From NCBI GenBank assembly GCA_002722885.1, contig PBNE01000018.1, positions 3,113-67,112 on the forward strand: DNA of 64,000 bases, given 5' to 3'. Positions 18,670 to 27,792 of this stretch are shown one piece after another (within the stretch, counting starts at the first letter, position 1; each line of letters starts with the position of its first letter). Below the pieces are notes generated by a model. That model was not told where the DNA came from. It did no database searches and saw only the letters and a list, made by a program, of their open reading frames with translations. The stretch comes from Rhodospirillaceae bacterium (lineage in GTDB: Bacteria; Pseudomonadota; Alphaproteobacteria; SP197). The translations under genes were made by a program, and so were the position numbers.

Positions 18670-18876
18670 TTTAAAACCTCCTAGCTAGAGAGTTAGTTGT
18701 TTGATGCACCCTCCAAGGACCTACTATATAGCATATTTAGTAGCGGCGACATCAATTAGTATCCTGCCCCAAAATTGGAGTGCGCGTCAGTTCAAAAGTG
18801 ACACGTCAGCAGAGAGGACTCGGACTTATCGGGAACAATGCTCAGCCCTGGTTGTTGGGAATCGTTCTCAAACCGG

Positions 18877-19642
18877 CTAGCCATGCATGAAGAGGTTCTT
18901 GGAAGCCGGGCTCTCGTAGATGACGAGGCCATTATCCAGACGTGTCATACCAAACCGCACCGGACAGGCATCAAGCAGGCGAAGAATGAACCCATTGCTG
19001 GTACGCGCGGATTCTTCAGCAGCCTTTAGCGATGTGATGTCGTTCCGCAACAGGCCGGCCGATTGCGTCCCTGGATGTGTGGCCGAACAAAGCCTCTGCC
19101 GCCAGATTGAAACCAACGACAATCCCGCTGATGTCGACGGACACGATTCCGTACTGCGAGGCTGCGAGAATGTCATGGTTGAACGCCTCGGTGTGGCGAA
19201 GGGCCTGCTCGGCCTCCTTCTCTGCGGTGATGTCGACCATGCAACCAACATACTCCCGCAGCTTGCCCGCCTCACTGGGCAGAAGGCGTATTTCATCTCG
19301 TAACCAGAGCCACTCATCGGATGCGGTTCTGTAGCGATAGGTCTGATGAATCTGTCGTGTCTCGGGCAGATTGGCGACCTTGGCCTGATAGGCGCCGAGG
19401 TCGTTGGTATGTATCAGACCACGCCCGAGCAACCGGTCCGTCGTGAAGTCGGTGGCCTTGTGGCCTGTGATGCGGGTGACGTTGTCGCTGACAAAGCGCA
19501 ACGGAGCGCCCCGTTCCACGGCATCTTCGGTGGCCTCGATCTCGGCGGTGCAGAAGATCGCTCGTGATTGCGCCACGGCGAAGTCAACAAGGGCCTGTTC
19601 TCTCAGACTTTGCTGCACATCATCGGTGTCAGGTGTGCTCAC
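18877..19642 (-). pseudogene. Truncated, frameshifted multi-PAS sensor protein
   Basis: The PAS-like sequence continues from frame 19016..19642 into frame 18877..19317 (..AIGRPVAE | LLRNDITSLKAAEES..). It ends abruptly inside a PAS fold (..VIYESPASKNLFMHG*) with no output domain. Confidence 0.6.
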
Positions 19643-19743
19643 GCGCGCATAATCCGGTCAAGAAGGGCGGCAAGCGGCTTTGTCAACCTCCAACCAGCAA
19701 CCCTCTCAAACCTGAGTTTCAGGCTTGCATCACCGTTTGTTTC

Positions 19744-19770
19744 AATTGTTTCAGCGGCGCTGAAACAATT
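19744..19770 (-). terminator. Perfect 12-bp inverted repeat immediately after the 839-aa gene
   Basis: AATTGTTTCAGC-GGC-GCTGAAACAATT lies 6 nt downstream of the stop at 19776. No clear U-tract. Confidence 0.5.
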
Positions 19771-19775
19771 CGATC

Positions 19776-22295
19776 TCAGTGCTTTCCGGACAGGACGATG
19801 TCCGTCGCCTCGGCTGTTGCCAGGGTCAGCGCACGCATGTCCTCAGGCTCGAGATTGTGGAGATTGGTCTTGCCCGTGCAACGCGCCATCATCGACGCCT
19901 CGCCGGACGCCGACTTCAGGATGTTGGCCACGGCATGGCCCCGCTCGTCTTCCGAATGATCCGGAGCAAACGCCAGTTCGTGGTCACCCACGATTTCCGC
20001 ACCCGCAGCAAACGCCACGGTCATGCCCATCACCACGGATTTGGCACCCATGCCGATGATCTTGGCGGCATCGGTTCCCGAGCGCACACCGCCAAACCAC
20101 AGAAGATCGATCTCTTCTTCCTGATTGAGGCGGCGCAGAATGCGGATCGCATCGCGCATCATACTGAGATCGGGCGGCCCCGACAGCTCAGGCCAGTCAC
20201 GACCAAGAGTAGCGTTGCCGTTCAGCAGAAGAACATCGAACTTGTTCTCCAATCCGAACACGATGGCCTCCTCTAGAGCGTCGGCATGAGAGACCGAAAG
20301 ACCCAGAAGCTGATCGTCATGCAGGCGGCCGACGTTTTCGGGCGCCTCGAAGCGGGGCCCGATGACATGAATCTGACCTGCGGCATCGGCACTCGGCGCA
20401 ATCTGGCCGGGAATCACGAGCTGGAGCCACGGCGTCTCATCGTCGATCGGCTGCACACCGATGTAACCACCGGCGGCGCCCTTCATGCCCGCGCCCACAC
20501 CGGCCTTCACGGACGACGGTGCGTTGTCGAAGCCGGTCACGAAGAACGGCTGGGCCACATCCATACGGCCGAAACCGAGATCGGTCGCCACATTGCAGGC
20601 CTCGCGATAGGGATCGATCACCAGACGCGAGAGGTTCGCCGGTAGGAAGACCAGATCGTCGACCGTAGCGACCCGATCCTCCGGGAACGGGTTCTCGCGG
20701 GGACGCAGGCGCTTGGCCAGCATCTTGGCCTGGCGCGCGACATCGGCCTTGTCCATGCGAGCCATGAGGAAGATGTCCTCACGGTTTTGCACGGAATAAT
20801 CCGCCGAACCGGTTTCGGCATCGCAGCGATAGCACCGCGCGGCCTCGGCCTGGGCCTCCTCCCAGGTGTAGGTCGACTCGATCTCCGGGAATTCGACCGG
20901 GTTTTCGCCCACGCCGTGGAACTCGGGGTGGTGAAGCTGGTTGATCTCCCACTTCAGGTCCTGTGCGACCGGCACACGGCGTGTGCGCCACGGTGTCCGG
21001 TAGGGTACTGGACTCTCATCACCGTCGAGGAACGAACGCACGTAATAGGCGACACGCTGGCCATGGCTCATGGCCATCACGATCGTGGACCCGCCAAAGG
21101 CACCGTCACCGGCGGCAAAGACCTTGGGATCACCGGTGCGCATGTTCTCCCAGGCGGTGTCGACCCGGTCGGAACCCATCAGTGCCTTGGTTCCCGCATC
21201 ATCACAGTCACCGAACTGACCGACTGCAGCGATCACCATGCCGCAATCGATGTCGTGCTCAGATCCGGCAATCGGCTCGGGACGGCGGCGGCCGTCATCG
21301 TCGGCTTCGCCCAGACCAGTCTGAACGCAGCGCAGTTTGAGGTTGTCGTCGCCTTCGGCGATCACCTCGACCTGTTGTGTGTTGTAGATGAACTCGATGC
21401 CTTCCTCGATCGCGCCTTCAAGCTCGATCTTCCGCGCGGGGATCTCGTCGGGCCCACGGCGGTAAACAACTTTGACCTTCTCGCAGCCCGGCAGTCGAAG
21501 GGCGGCACGGCATGCGTCCATCGCCACGTCACCACCGCCGATCACAACCACGGTCTTGGGCATCTGGGGCCGCTCGCCACCGTTGATCCGGCGCAGGAAC
21601 TCCACGCCGTCCACGACGCGGCTGTCGTCCTCGCCGGGAATGCCCATCTTCTTGCCCCACCAGGAGCCGATGGTCAGGACTACTGCATCATGGCGCTGCT
21701 TGAGCTCATCCAGCGAAACATCGCGACCCAGCCCGGTGTTGGTGTGGATCGTGAGACCCGGGCACCGCGCCATCAGGCGGTTCATATCTTCTTCGATCGT
21801 GCCTGCCGGAAGCCGGAAGGCCGGAATACCCCATATCATCATGCCGCCGGCGCGGTCAGTCATCTCATAGACGTCGACCTTGAAGCCCGCCACGGTGAGA
21901 TTATGCGCCGCAACCAGGCCCGCGGGACCTGCACCGACAATGCCGACACTCTGCTCGCGCGTCACAGGTGCAGCCTCGGGCGTCCAGGTCGCGCCGAGCT
22001 TGTCCATGACAAATCGCTTGAGATTACGGATCTGGAGGGCGCCATCGCTCGCCTCACGGCGGCAGGCAGGTTCACAAGGCGCATCACAGACACGACCACA
22101 GATCGAACTGAACGGATTGGTCGCCGTGATTGCCTCGAAGGCTTCGTCGAACTGGCCGTTCCAGATGTAGCCGATGTATGACGGCGCATCGGTGCCCACC
22201 GGGCAAGCGATCTGGCAGGGCGCGGGAACGTAGTGCTTGTCGCCGGCCGCACCGATCTGGTCGGTAGGCATCAGGTTCGCGTTGGTTTCGGTCAT
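19776..22295 (-). CDS. Fusion protein: GltD-like Fe-S/FAD-NAD(P)H oxidoreductase plus a C-terminal glutamate-synthase-type TIM-barrel-like domain (839 aa)
   Basis: The N-terminal half carries Cys clusters (CQIACPVGTD.., CGRVCDAPCEPAC) and two GxGxxG folds (VGIVGAGPAGL, VVVIGGGDVAMD), like the GOGAT small subunit. The C-terminal about 350 aa (VDDLVFLPANLSRL...GGVRSGTDAAKIIGMGA) resembles the FMN-domain family. Confidence 0.85.
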   Translation of the reverse strand: MTETNANLMPTDQIGAAGDKHYVPAPCQIACPVGTDAPSYIGYIWNGQFDEAFEAITATNPFSSICGRVCDAPCEPACRREASDGALQIRNLKRFVMDKLGATWTPEAAPVTREQSVGIVGAGPAGLVAAHNLTVAGFKVDVYEMTDRAGGMMIWGIPAFRLPAGTIEEDMNRLMARCPGLTIHTNTGLGRDVSLDELKQRHDAVVLTIGSWWGKKMGIPGEDDSRVVDGVEFLRRINGGERPQMPKTVVVIGGGDVAMDACRAALRLPGCEKVKVVYRRGPDEIPARKIELEGAIEEGIEFIYNTQQVEVIAEGDDNLKLRCVQTGLGEADDDGRRRPEPIAGSEHDIDCGMVIAAVGQFGDCDDAGTKALMGSDRVDTAWENMRTGDPKVFAAGDGAFGGSTIVMAMSHGQRVAYYVRSFLDGDESPVPYRTPWRTRRVPVAQDLKWEINQLHHPEFHGVGENPVEFPEIESTYTWEEAQAEAARCYRCDAETGSADYSVQNREDIFLMARMDKADVARQAKMLAKRLRPRENPFPEDRVATVDDLVFLPANLSRLVIDPYREACNVATDLGFGRMDVAQPFFVTGFDNAPSSVKAGVGAGMKGAAGGYIGVQPIDDETPWLQLVIPGQIAPSADAAGQIHVIGPRFEAPENVGRLHDDQLLGLSVSHADALEEAIVFGLENKFDVLLLNGNATLGRDWPELSGPPDLSMMRDAIRILRRLNQEEEIDLLWFGGVRSGTDAAKIIGMGAKSVVMGMTVAFAAGAEIVGDHELAFAPDHSEDERGHAVANILKSASGEASMMARCTGKTNLHNLEPEDMRALTLATAEATDIVLSGKH

Positions 22296-22309
22296 GGCCT
22301 TGGTCTCTC

Positions 22310-24262
22310 TTAACCCGCCGCTTGGAACAGCTCTGCGTTCCGGCGTTCGGACTCATAGGGCAATCCAGTGATCTCGGCGGCTTCCGGTGTCAGGGCGACG
22401 AGATCGTCGCGCGACAGGCCTGTCACGTTGCTGTGGCCGAGCGCCTTGGTGATCGCGGCAATCTGCCAGCGCACACTCTCCAGGAAGGTGTAAATGTGCT
22501 GGGCCTCGACCTGTGACTTGTAACGCCGCTCGTGCTCGGGATCCTGCGTCGCGATGCCGGTCACACACTGGCCGACATGACACTGCATGCAGGCGATACA
22601 ACCGCCGGCGATGATGGCCGCGGTGCCCAGCGCGATGGCATCAGCTCCCAGGCACAGGCCCTTCACGGCGTCGATACCGTCACGCAGCCCGCCCATCAGA
22701 ACGATCTCGATATCCTGGCGACGGCCGATGCTGGCGAGTGCTGTCTCGGCCTCGCAGATCGCGGCCAGGGTCGGAATGCCGACATACTCCATGACCTCGG
22801 CACCACCGGCACCGGTCGAGCCCTGCATGCCGTCGAGTTCGACAAAGTCGAAGCCGTCCTTCACCGCGATCTTGATATCGTCGTGGATACGGCCCGCACC
22901 CAGCTTCACGCTGACCGGCAGGCGGTATCCCGTGGCCTCGCGCAGCTCCTCGACTTTGATGACAAGATCGTCCGCACCGAGGATGTCCGGATGGCGTGAA
23001 GGCGAACGCAGGTCGATACCGGCCGGAATGCCGCGGATCTCCGCCAGTTCCTTGGTCACCTTCTTGGCCATGAGCTGGCCACCGAAGCCCGGCTTCGCGC
23101 CTTGGGAGATGTAGATCTCCAGGCCGTCGGCACGGTTCATATCGTGAATGTTCCAACCCAGGCGTCCGCCCAGCATCTGGAAGATCAGCTGGCCGGCCGC
23201 ATCGCGCTGGGCGTCGCTCATGCCGCCCTCGCCCGTGTTTTCGGCAATGCCCGCCATACCCGAGGCGATGGCGATGGCCTGCTTGGCCGAGCGCGACAAG
23301 GCACCATAGCTCATCGGTGCGATCAGCACCGGCATGGTCAGGTCCAGCGGATTGGCGCCGTTCTTGCCGCCGATTTTGGTGTGCATTTCGACATCACCGA
23401 CGGGATCGTCTCCAATCGCAGCCATGGTGATGTCCTTGCGGAAGGCGATGTCGGCCAGATGCGGCAGCTCACGTGCGCCGCCGTACCCGCGCACACGGTA
23501 CCGGCCGATCTGCGACTTGATATAGACGTCTTCCTGGATTTTGCGATTCCAGTAGTCGCTATCGCCCGAGAAGTTGAAGTAGGGGATCGAGCGCATCTGA
23601 CGCTCTGATGTTCCGTAGCGGAGCTTCTTGCCCGCGTTGACGACCTTCTTAAACGTTCCCTTGAAGGGGATCTCGTAGCGGTCGAGGAACTCCATGATCT
23701 CGTCGGCTTCAGCCGAATCCATGTCGGTCAGTTCGGCATCCGAACCCAGGGAGTTCAACTTGCCGCCCAGGAAAATCTCTCCACCTGACATGTCTTCACC
23801 TAGGCGCTCACCGGATTCACCCAGGATGATCATGCGGCCGCCGTACATCATGTAGCCGGCCATGAAGTTGGCATTGCCACAGCACAGCAGCGTGCCCTTC
23901 TTCATCACCTGGCCGGCACGACTGCCCATGTTGCCCTTGATCACCAGTTCGGCGCCGCGAATCGCGACACCGGCAATGGCTCCGGCGTTGCCGCCAACAA
24001 CGACCGAGCCGCGGTACATGTTGTCGGCCACCCCCCAGCCCACATTGCTTTCCACATGAAAGCGCGGCGTATCGGTCAACCCGGCCAGGAAATATCCGGC
24101 CGATCCGCGGACATGGATATCCACGGGGTGGATGACGCCCACGCCAATATGATGGCGGGCATCGGGGTTCAGAACCTCGATGCTTTCGCCCTGGCTGGCT
24201 GCTTCGCGGATCCGCTCGTTGGCCTCGCGAATCTCAAGGTCGCTCAGGTCAATCGTGACCAT
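22310..24262 (-). CDS. Fusion of a GXGXG (GltB C-terminal-like) domain and an FMN-dependent glutamate synthase central domain (650 aa)
   Basis: The N-terminal 230 aa hold repeated G-x-G motifs (GSAGYF.G, GNAGAIAG, GNMGSRAG, GNANFMAG). The C-terminal part has LIAPMSYGALS, NTGEGG, GAKPGFGGQL and a Cys cluster CIACMQCHVGQC. Confidence 0.88.
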   Translation of the reverse strand: MVTIDLSDLEIREANERIREAASQGESIEVLNPDARHHIGVGVIHPVDIHVRGSAGYFLAGLTDTPRFHVESNVGWGVADNMYRGSVVVGGNAGAIAGVAIRGAELVIKGNMGSRAGQVMKKGTLLCCGNANFMAGYMMYGGRMIILGESGERLGEDMSGGEIFLGGKLNSLGSDAELTDMDSAEADEIMEFLDRYEIPFKGTFKKVVNAGKKLRYGTSERQMRSIPYFNFSGDSDYWNRKIQEDVYIKSQIGRYRVRGYGGARELPHLADIAFRKDITMAAIGDDPVGDVEMHTKIGGKNGANPLDLTMPVLIAPMSYGALSRSAKQAIAIASGMAGIAENTGEGGMSDAQRDAAGQLIFQMLGGRLGWNIHDMNRADGLEIYISQGAKPGFGGQLMAKKVTKELAEIRGIPAGIDLRSPSRHPDILGADDLVIKVEELREATGYRLPVSVKLGAGRIHDDIKIAVKDGFDFVELDGMQGSTGAGGAEVMEYVGIPTLAAICEAETALASIGRRQDIEIVLMGGLRDGIDAVKGLCLGADAIALGTAAIIAGGCIACMQCHVGQCVTGIATQDPEHERRYKSQVEAQHIYTFLESVRWQIAAITKALGHSNVTGLSRDDLVALTPEAAEITGLPYESERRNAELFQAAG

Positions 24263-25155
24263 GTGTTGTAACTTCCCGGCGGTGGTTCACGGGTGTCGAG
24301 TGCCTGACCCGGGAACAGCCGGTTCAGCGACACCTCTTCGGATGCAATGGCGATGAGATCATCGTTCTCGAACATGATCATCGGCTTGGCGGCCAGACGA
24401 TCCTTGGCGTAACCGATCTCTTCCTTGGTCGAGACTAGGAACGAGAACGTGCCGTCCATGTCGTCAATCGAAGTCTTCAGCGCTTCCTTGAGCTCGATGC
24501 CATGGCTCATCTTGTCGGCCAGGTAGACTGCCAGAAGCTCGCTGTCATTGTCGGTCGCGAACTCGAAGCCACGGCGCTCAAGACGGCGGCGCATCTTCCA
24601 ATAGTTGGTGATCTGGCCGTTGTGGACGATCGCGACATCGGAGAAACCGGTGGCCCAGAACGGATGAGACGCTTCGGGCTCAACATCGGATTCGGTCGCC
24701 AGGCGCACATGGCCCAGGCCATGGGTACCCTTGAAGACATGGACGTCATAGACGTCGTCGACATCGTGGGCACCACCGATATCCTTGACGATCTCGAGGC
24801 TTTCGCCGATCGACATGGTCTTGGCGGCATGTTCGACCGCATAGGAGAACTTCTGGAGATCGCCGCCGAAACGCACGATCACTCGGTAGGCACCGCCGAT
24901 GCGCTCATCCTCGACAATCTCTGCACCGTGCTCGTCGAACACGGCCTTCAGGCGATCAATCGCGTCACCGGCCTCGTTGTCGTTGCCGACATAGAAACGC
25001 AACTTCAGCTGACCCTGGTTGTCGTCGCCATAAAGGGCGAATCCGGTGGAGTCAGGGCCGCGATGCTGACAGCCGTCTAGCATGTCGATCAGCGCACGAC
25101 CCGTGTCGACGGTGGTACCGTCGCGCTTCAACAAAATCCCTGCGATACCGCACAT
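24244..25155 (-). CDS. Class II (Ntn) glutamine amidotransferase, GltB-N-terminal/GlxB/MgsA-like
   Basis: The mature N-terminus MCGIAGIL provides the catalytic Cys right after Met, as in Ntn amidotransferases. About 300 aa. 19-nt overlap with the downstream gene. Confidence 0.88.
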   Translation of the reverse strand: MCGIAGILLKRDGTTVDTGRALIDMLDGCQHRGPDSTGFALYGDDNQGQLKLRFYVGNDNEAGDAIDRLKAVFDEHGAEIVEDERIGGAYRVIVRFGGDLQKFSYAVEHAAKTMSIGESLEIVKDIGGAHDVDDVYDVHVFKGTHGLGHVRLATESDVEPEASHPFWATGFSDVAIVHNGQITNYWKMRRRLERRGFEFATDNDSELLAVYLADKMSHGIELKEALKTSIDDMDGTFSFLVSTKEEIGYAKDRLAAKPMIMFENDDLIAIASEEVSLNRLFPGQALDTREPPPGSYNTWSRLT

Positions 25156-25493
25156 GACTTGTTTCCTCTGATGAAACGAAGTTTCCTGCTCGTATTATCA
25201 GGATATAGCGAGTCATGCCGGTCAGTGCAACGGAAAGCGGCACATGGTTCGGACCATCCACATCTTACCCCTCGATCCGGCATGCTCACTTTGCCTCAGA
25301 ACAAGTTGCGAACCTGTACCCGGCTCTCTCCGTACAATTCCGCAACTCATCGGTGACGACTGGGCCGGACCCGCCATAAACTCCCTTTGTTACGCAGCAC
25401 AGTCGAAAGGGCGCATCGCATGGAACTGGGAGACATTCTTAAAGCAAGATTTTCGGTGTCGCGCGGTACTGACCAGCCTCCGTATTGGGCCCT

Positions 25494-27020
25494 ATGCGCT
25501 TCCTGATCGGCGAGTTCAGCCACGAGAGCAACAGTTTCTGCGAGCATCCCACAACGCGGTCGGACTTTGCCGCGGCCACCCTGCTCGAGGGCGAGGCCGT
25601 CGTCGCCGGACACGAAGGCAAGAAGACCGTGGTCGGTGGTTTCATCCACTTTGGTGTCGAGCACGGGCATGACCTCGTGCCTGCCACTGCAGCAACGACA
25701 TTTCCCTCCGGTCCCGTCGAAGCGGCGTTCTTTCACGAGATGCTCGATCGCTTCATTGCGGTCATTGATCAGGCCGGTGATCTGGACGGCGTTCTCCTTT
25801 CCCTGCACGGCGGGATGAGCGTGACCGGTGACGGGCCGGAGGCTGATGACCCGGAGGGTGTCTTCGTGGCCCGACTGGCTGATGCGTTACCTCCCAACAC
25901 GCCCATTGCTGTCGTAATGGACCTGCATTCCGACACATCAGAGCTTCTATTGGACAACACGGCGATCACGCTGGCCTTCAACGAGGAGCCGCACCGCGAT
26001 GCCTGGGATCGCGGTCTTGAGGCCGCCGGACTTCTGTCACAGGTGGTCCGCGGCGATCTGAAGCCCGCTCGGGTCCGGGTCCGCGCCCCCATGCTGCTTC
26101 CGGCCATCAACATGGCGACCGACCACGGCCCCATGGAGGTGCTTCACGCCCTGCGGAAAGATCGGGAAAACCGGCCGGAAGTCATCGACATCTCGATCCA
26201 CGCCGGTTTCTACGGCGCGGATCAATCCCAGGCCGGGTTCAGCGTCGTTGCCACGACCCGCAACGAGCCGAATCTCGCTGAGACGATGGCCCGTGACCTG
26301 GCTCTCGATGCATGGAACCGCCGCGAAACCTTTCTGATCGATCTTGTCACACCCGAGGCGGGTGTCACCCGGGCACTCCGGTCCAACGCCCCCACAGCTC
26401 TCGTCGATGAAGCTGATGATCCCGCAGGAGGCGGCTCATGCGGCAGCGTGGTCATTTTGAAAGCCATGATGGACGGCGGTATCACCTCAGGTGGTGTCTC
26501 ATCGATCCACGATTCCGAAATCATCGAATGCGCAGCTTCGGCCGGCGAAGGAGGCACAGTCACAGCTCCGCTGGGGGCAAAGACCGATCGTCTCCACGGC
26601 ACGCCTGTCCACATCAGCGGTCGTGTGGTCCGTCTCAGCCGGGAACCTGTGCCCACGGACACCTGGTCGGGCCGGACCGTCGATGTCGGGCTTGTCGCGG
26701 CCATTGATGTTGACGGCATTATCGTCCTGGTCACCGAACGCAAGCTTGTGACCGAGAACATCGATCTCTTCGCCATTCTCGGCTTCGATGTCACAGCGAT
26801 GCAGGCCGTTGTCTTCAAGGGGCTGACCCTGCACGTCCGACAGGCACTGGCGGGAAAGATCGACGAGTTTCTTCCGATCGACGGGATCGGCATCACGCAT
26901 CCCGATGTCACCCGCCTGGGCCCCTATCTCCGGTTGCAGCGTCCCTGTTGGCCCTTCGACCCCATCGATCATGCGGCATGGCTGTCGCCAAGAACCGGTC
27001 CTGAAGAGCCTCAGCGATGA
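25494..27020 (+). CDS. M81-family metallopeptidase (MlrC-like)
   Basis: MRFLIGEFSHESNSF is the characteristic MlrC N-terminus, and the length of about 508 aa fits. An alternative TTG start exists at 25485. Confidence 0.85.
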   Translation: MRFLIGEFSHESNSFCEHPTTRSDFAAATLLEGEAVVAGHEGKKTVVGGFIHFGVEHGHDLVPATAATTFPSGPVEAAFFHEMLDRFIAVIDQAGDLDGVLLSLHGGMSVTGDGPEADDPEGVFVARLADALPPNTPIAVVMDLHSDTSELLLDNTAITLAFNEEPHRDAWDRGLEAAGLLSQVVRGDLKPARVRVRAPMLLPAINMATDHGPMEVLHALRKDRENRPEVIDISIHAGFYGADQSQAGFSVVATTRNEPNLAETMARDLALDAWNRRETFLIDLVTPEAGVTRALRSNAPTALVDEADDPAGGGSCGSVVILKAMMDGGITSGGVSSIHDSEIIECAASAGEGGTVTAPLGAKTDRLHGTPVHISGRVVRLSREPVPTDTWSGRTVDVGLVAAIDVDGIIVLVTERKLVTENIDLFAILGFDVTAMQAVVFKGLTLHVRQALAGKIDEFLPIDGIGITHPDVTRLGPYLRLQRPCWPFDPIDHAAWLSPRTGPEEPQR

Positions 27021-27077
27021 TCGTCGTCACGCCGGAATGCGCGTCTGTTTGTTGATTTCCTGCCGCCACTCGCCATG

Positions 27078-27719
27078 TCAGGTCTCGTCGGTCACATAGT
27101 TTGACCGAAGATCGACCGGCGAGATAACCCAGATGAACGTTGCCACGTCGGGTCCGGCATTGAAGAATCGGTGCGGCAGCGTGCGTGGGAAGGAATAACT
27201 GTCGCCGGCCACCAGCACAAAGCTCTCTCCGTCGATGGTCAGATCAACCGTTCCGTCGAGGATGTAACCAGCTTCCTCACCGCGATATGTGTAAGCATCA
27301 TCGCCGGTCGATCCCTGGGGCTCCAGATTGGTCAGACCCATCGCCAGATTGCTGTCGACATTGGTCGACAACAGAAAGTCGCTCATACCGAGATAGTCGG
27401 TGAATCCCATATCGGAGTATGCAATCCGACGACGGTTGCGGGCCCGAACGATGTAGCGCTGCTCCTTGGGATCGACATCGTCTCCGGGAGGGAAAAACCA
27501 GCCGACATCGACACCCAAGGCCTCGCTGATGATCTGAAGCACACCGGCCGAAGGCTTGGTGATATCCCGCTCGACCTGGCTCAGGTAGCCGATCGACTTG
27601 TGGGTCTTCTCCGCAAACTCGGTCAGCGTCATGCCCTTGACCTTGCGCAAGGCACGGATTTCGGCTCCCAGAGAGAGGATCCCGTTGAACTGCCGGTCAG
27701 GCTTTTTGGCGGTGGCCAC
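27078..27719 (-). CDS. XRE-family HTH plus cupin transcriptional regulator (PuuR-like)
   Basis: HTH LGAEIRALRKVKGMTLTEFAEKTHKSIGYLSQVERD, with a C-terminal cupin (YTYRGEEAGYILDG...GDSYSFP..LPHRF). GTG 27719 was chosen because ATG 27872 would overlap the upstream gene by 80 nt. Confidence 0.8.
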   Translation of the reverse strand: MATAKKPDRQFNGILSLGAEIRALRKVKGMTLTEFAEKTHKSIGYLSQVERDITKPSAGVLQIISEALGVDVGWFFPPGDDVDPKEQRYIVRARNRRRIAYSDMGFTDYLGMSDFLLSTNVDSNLAMGLTNLEPQGSTGDDAYTYRGEEAGYILDGTVDLTIDGESFVLVAGDSYSFPRTLPHRFFNAGPDVATFIWVISPVDLRSNYVTDET

Positions 27720-27792
27720 GTCGGTGTTTCCGGTTACAGAGCGACACGGCACCCATCCTAGAGCTTCAGGCACACCGCCGCAAAGCGGCTGT

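Noticed and set aside
18670-18780. Sigma70-type promoter for the small membrane-protein gene (TTGATG ... TATATA/TATAGT on the minus strand).
   Set aside because: The candidate -35/-10 hexamers are separated by 14, 19 or 21 nt depending on the choice, and none gives the 16-18-nt spacing. It is not reported as a feature.
25215-25245. Possible sigma54 promoter for the amidotransferase operon (minus strand GTGCCGCTTTCCGTTGCACT and CGGCATGACTCGCTAT).
   Set aside because: The -24 GG dinucleotide is missing (GC instead) in the first candidate, and the GG-to-GC spacing is wrong by 1-2 nt in both. Sigma54 promoters tolerate almost no spacing variation.
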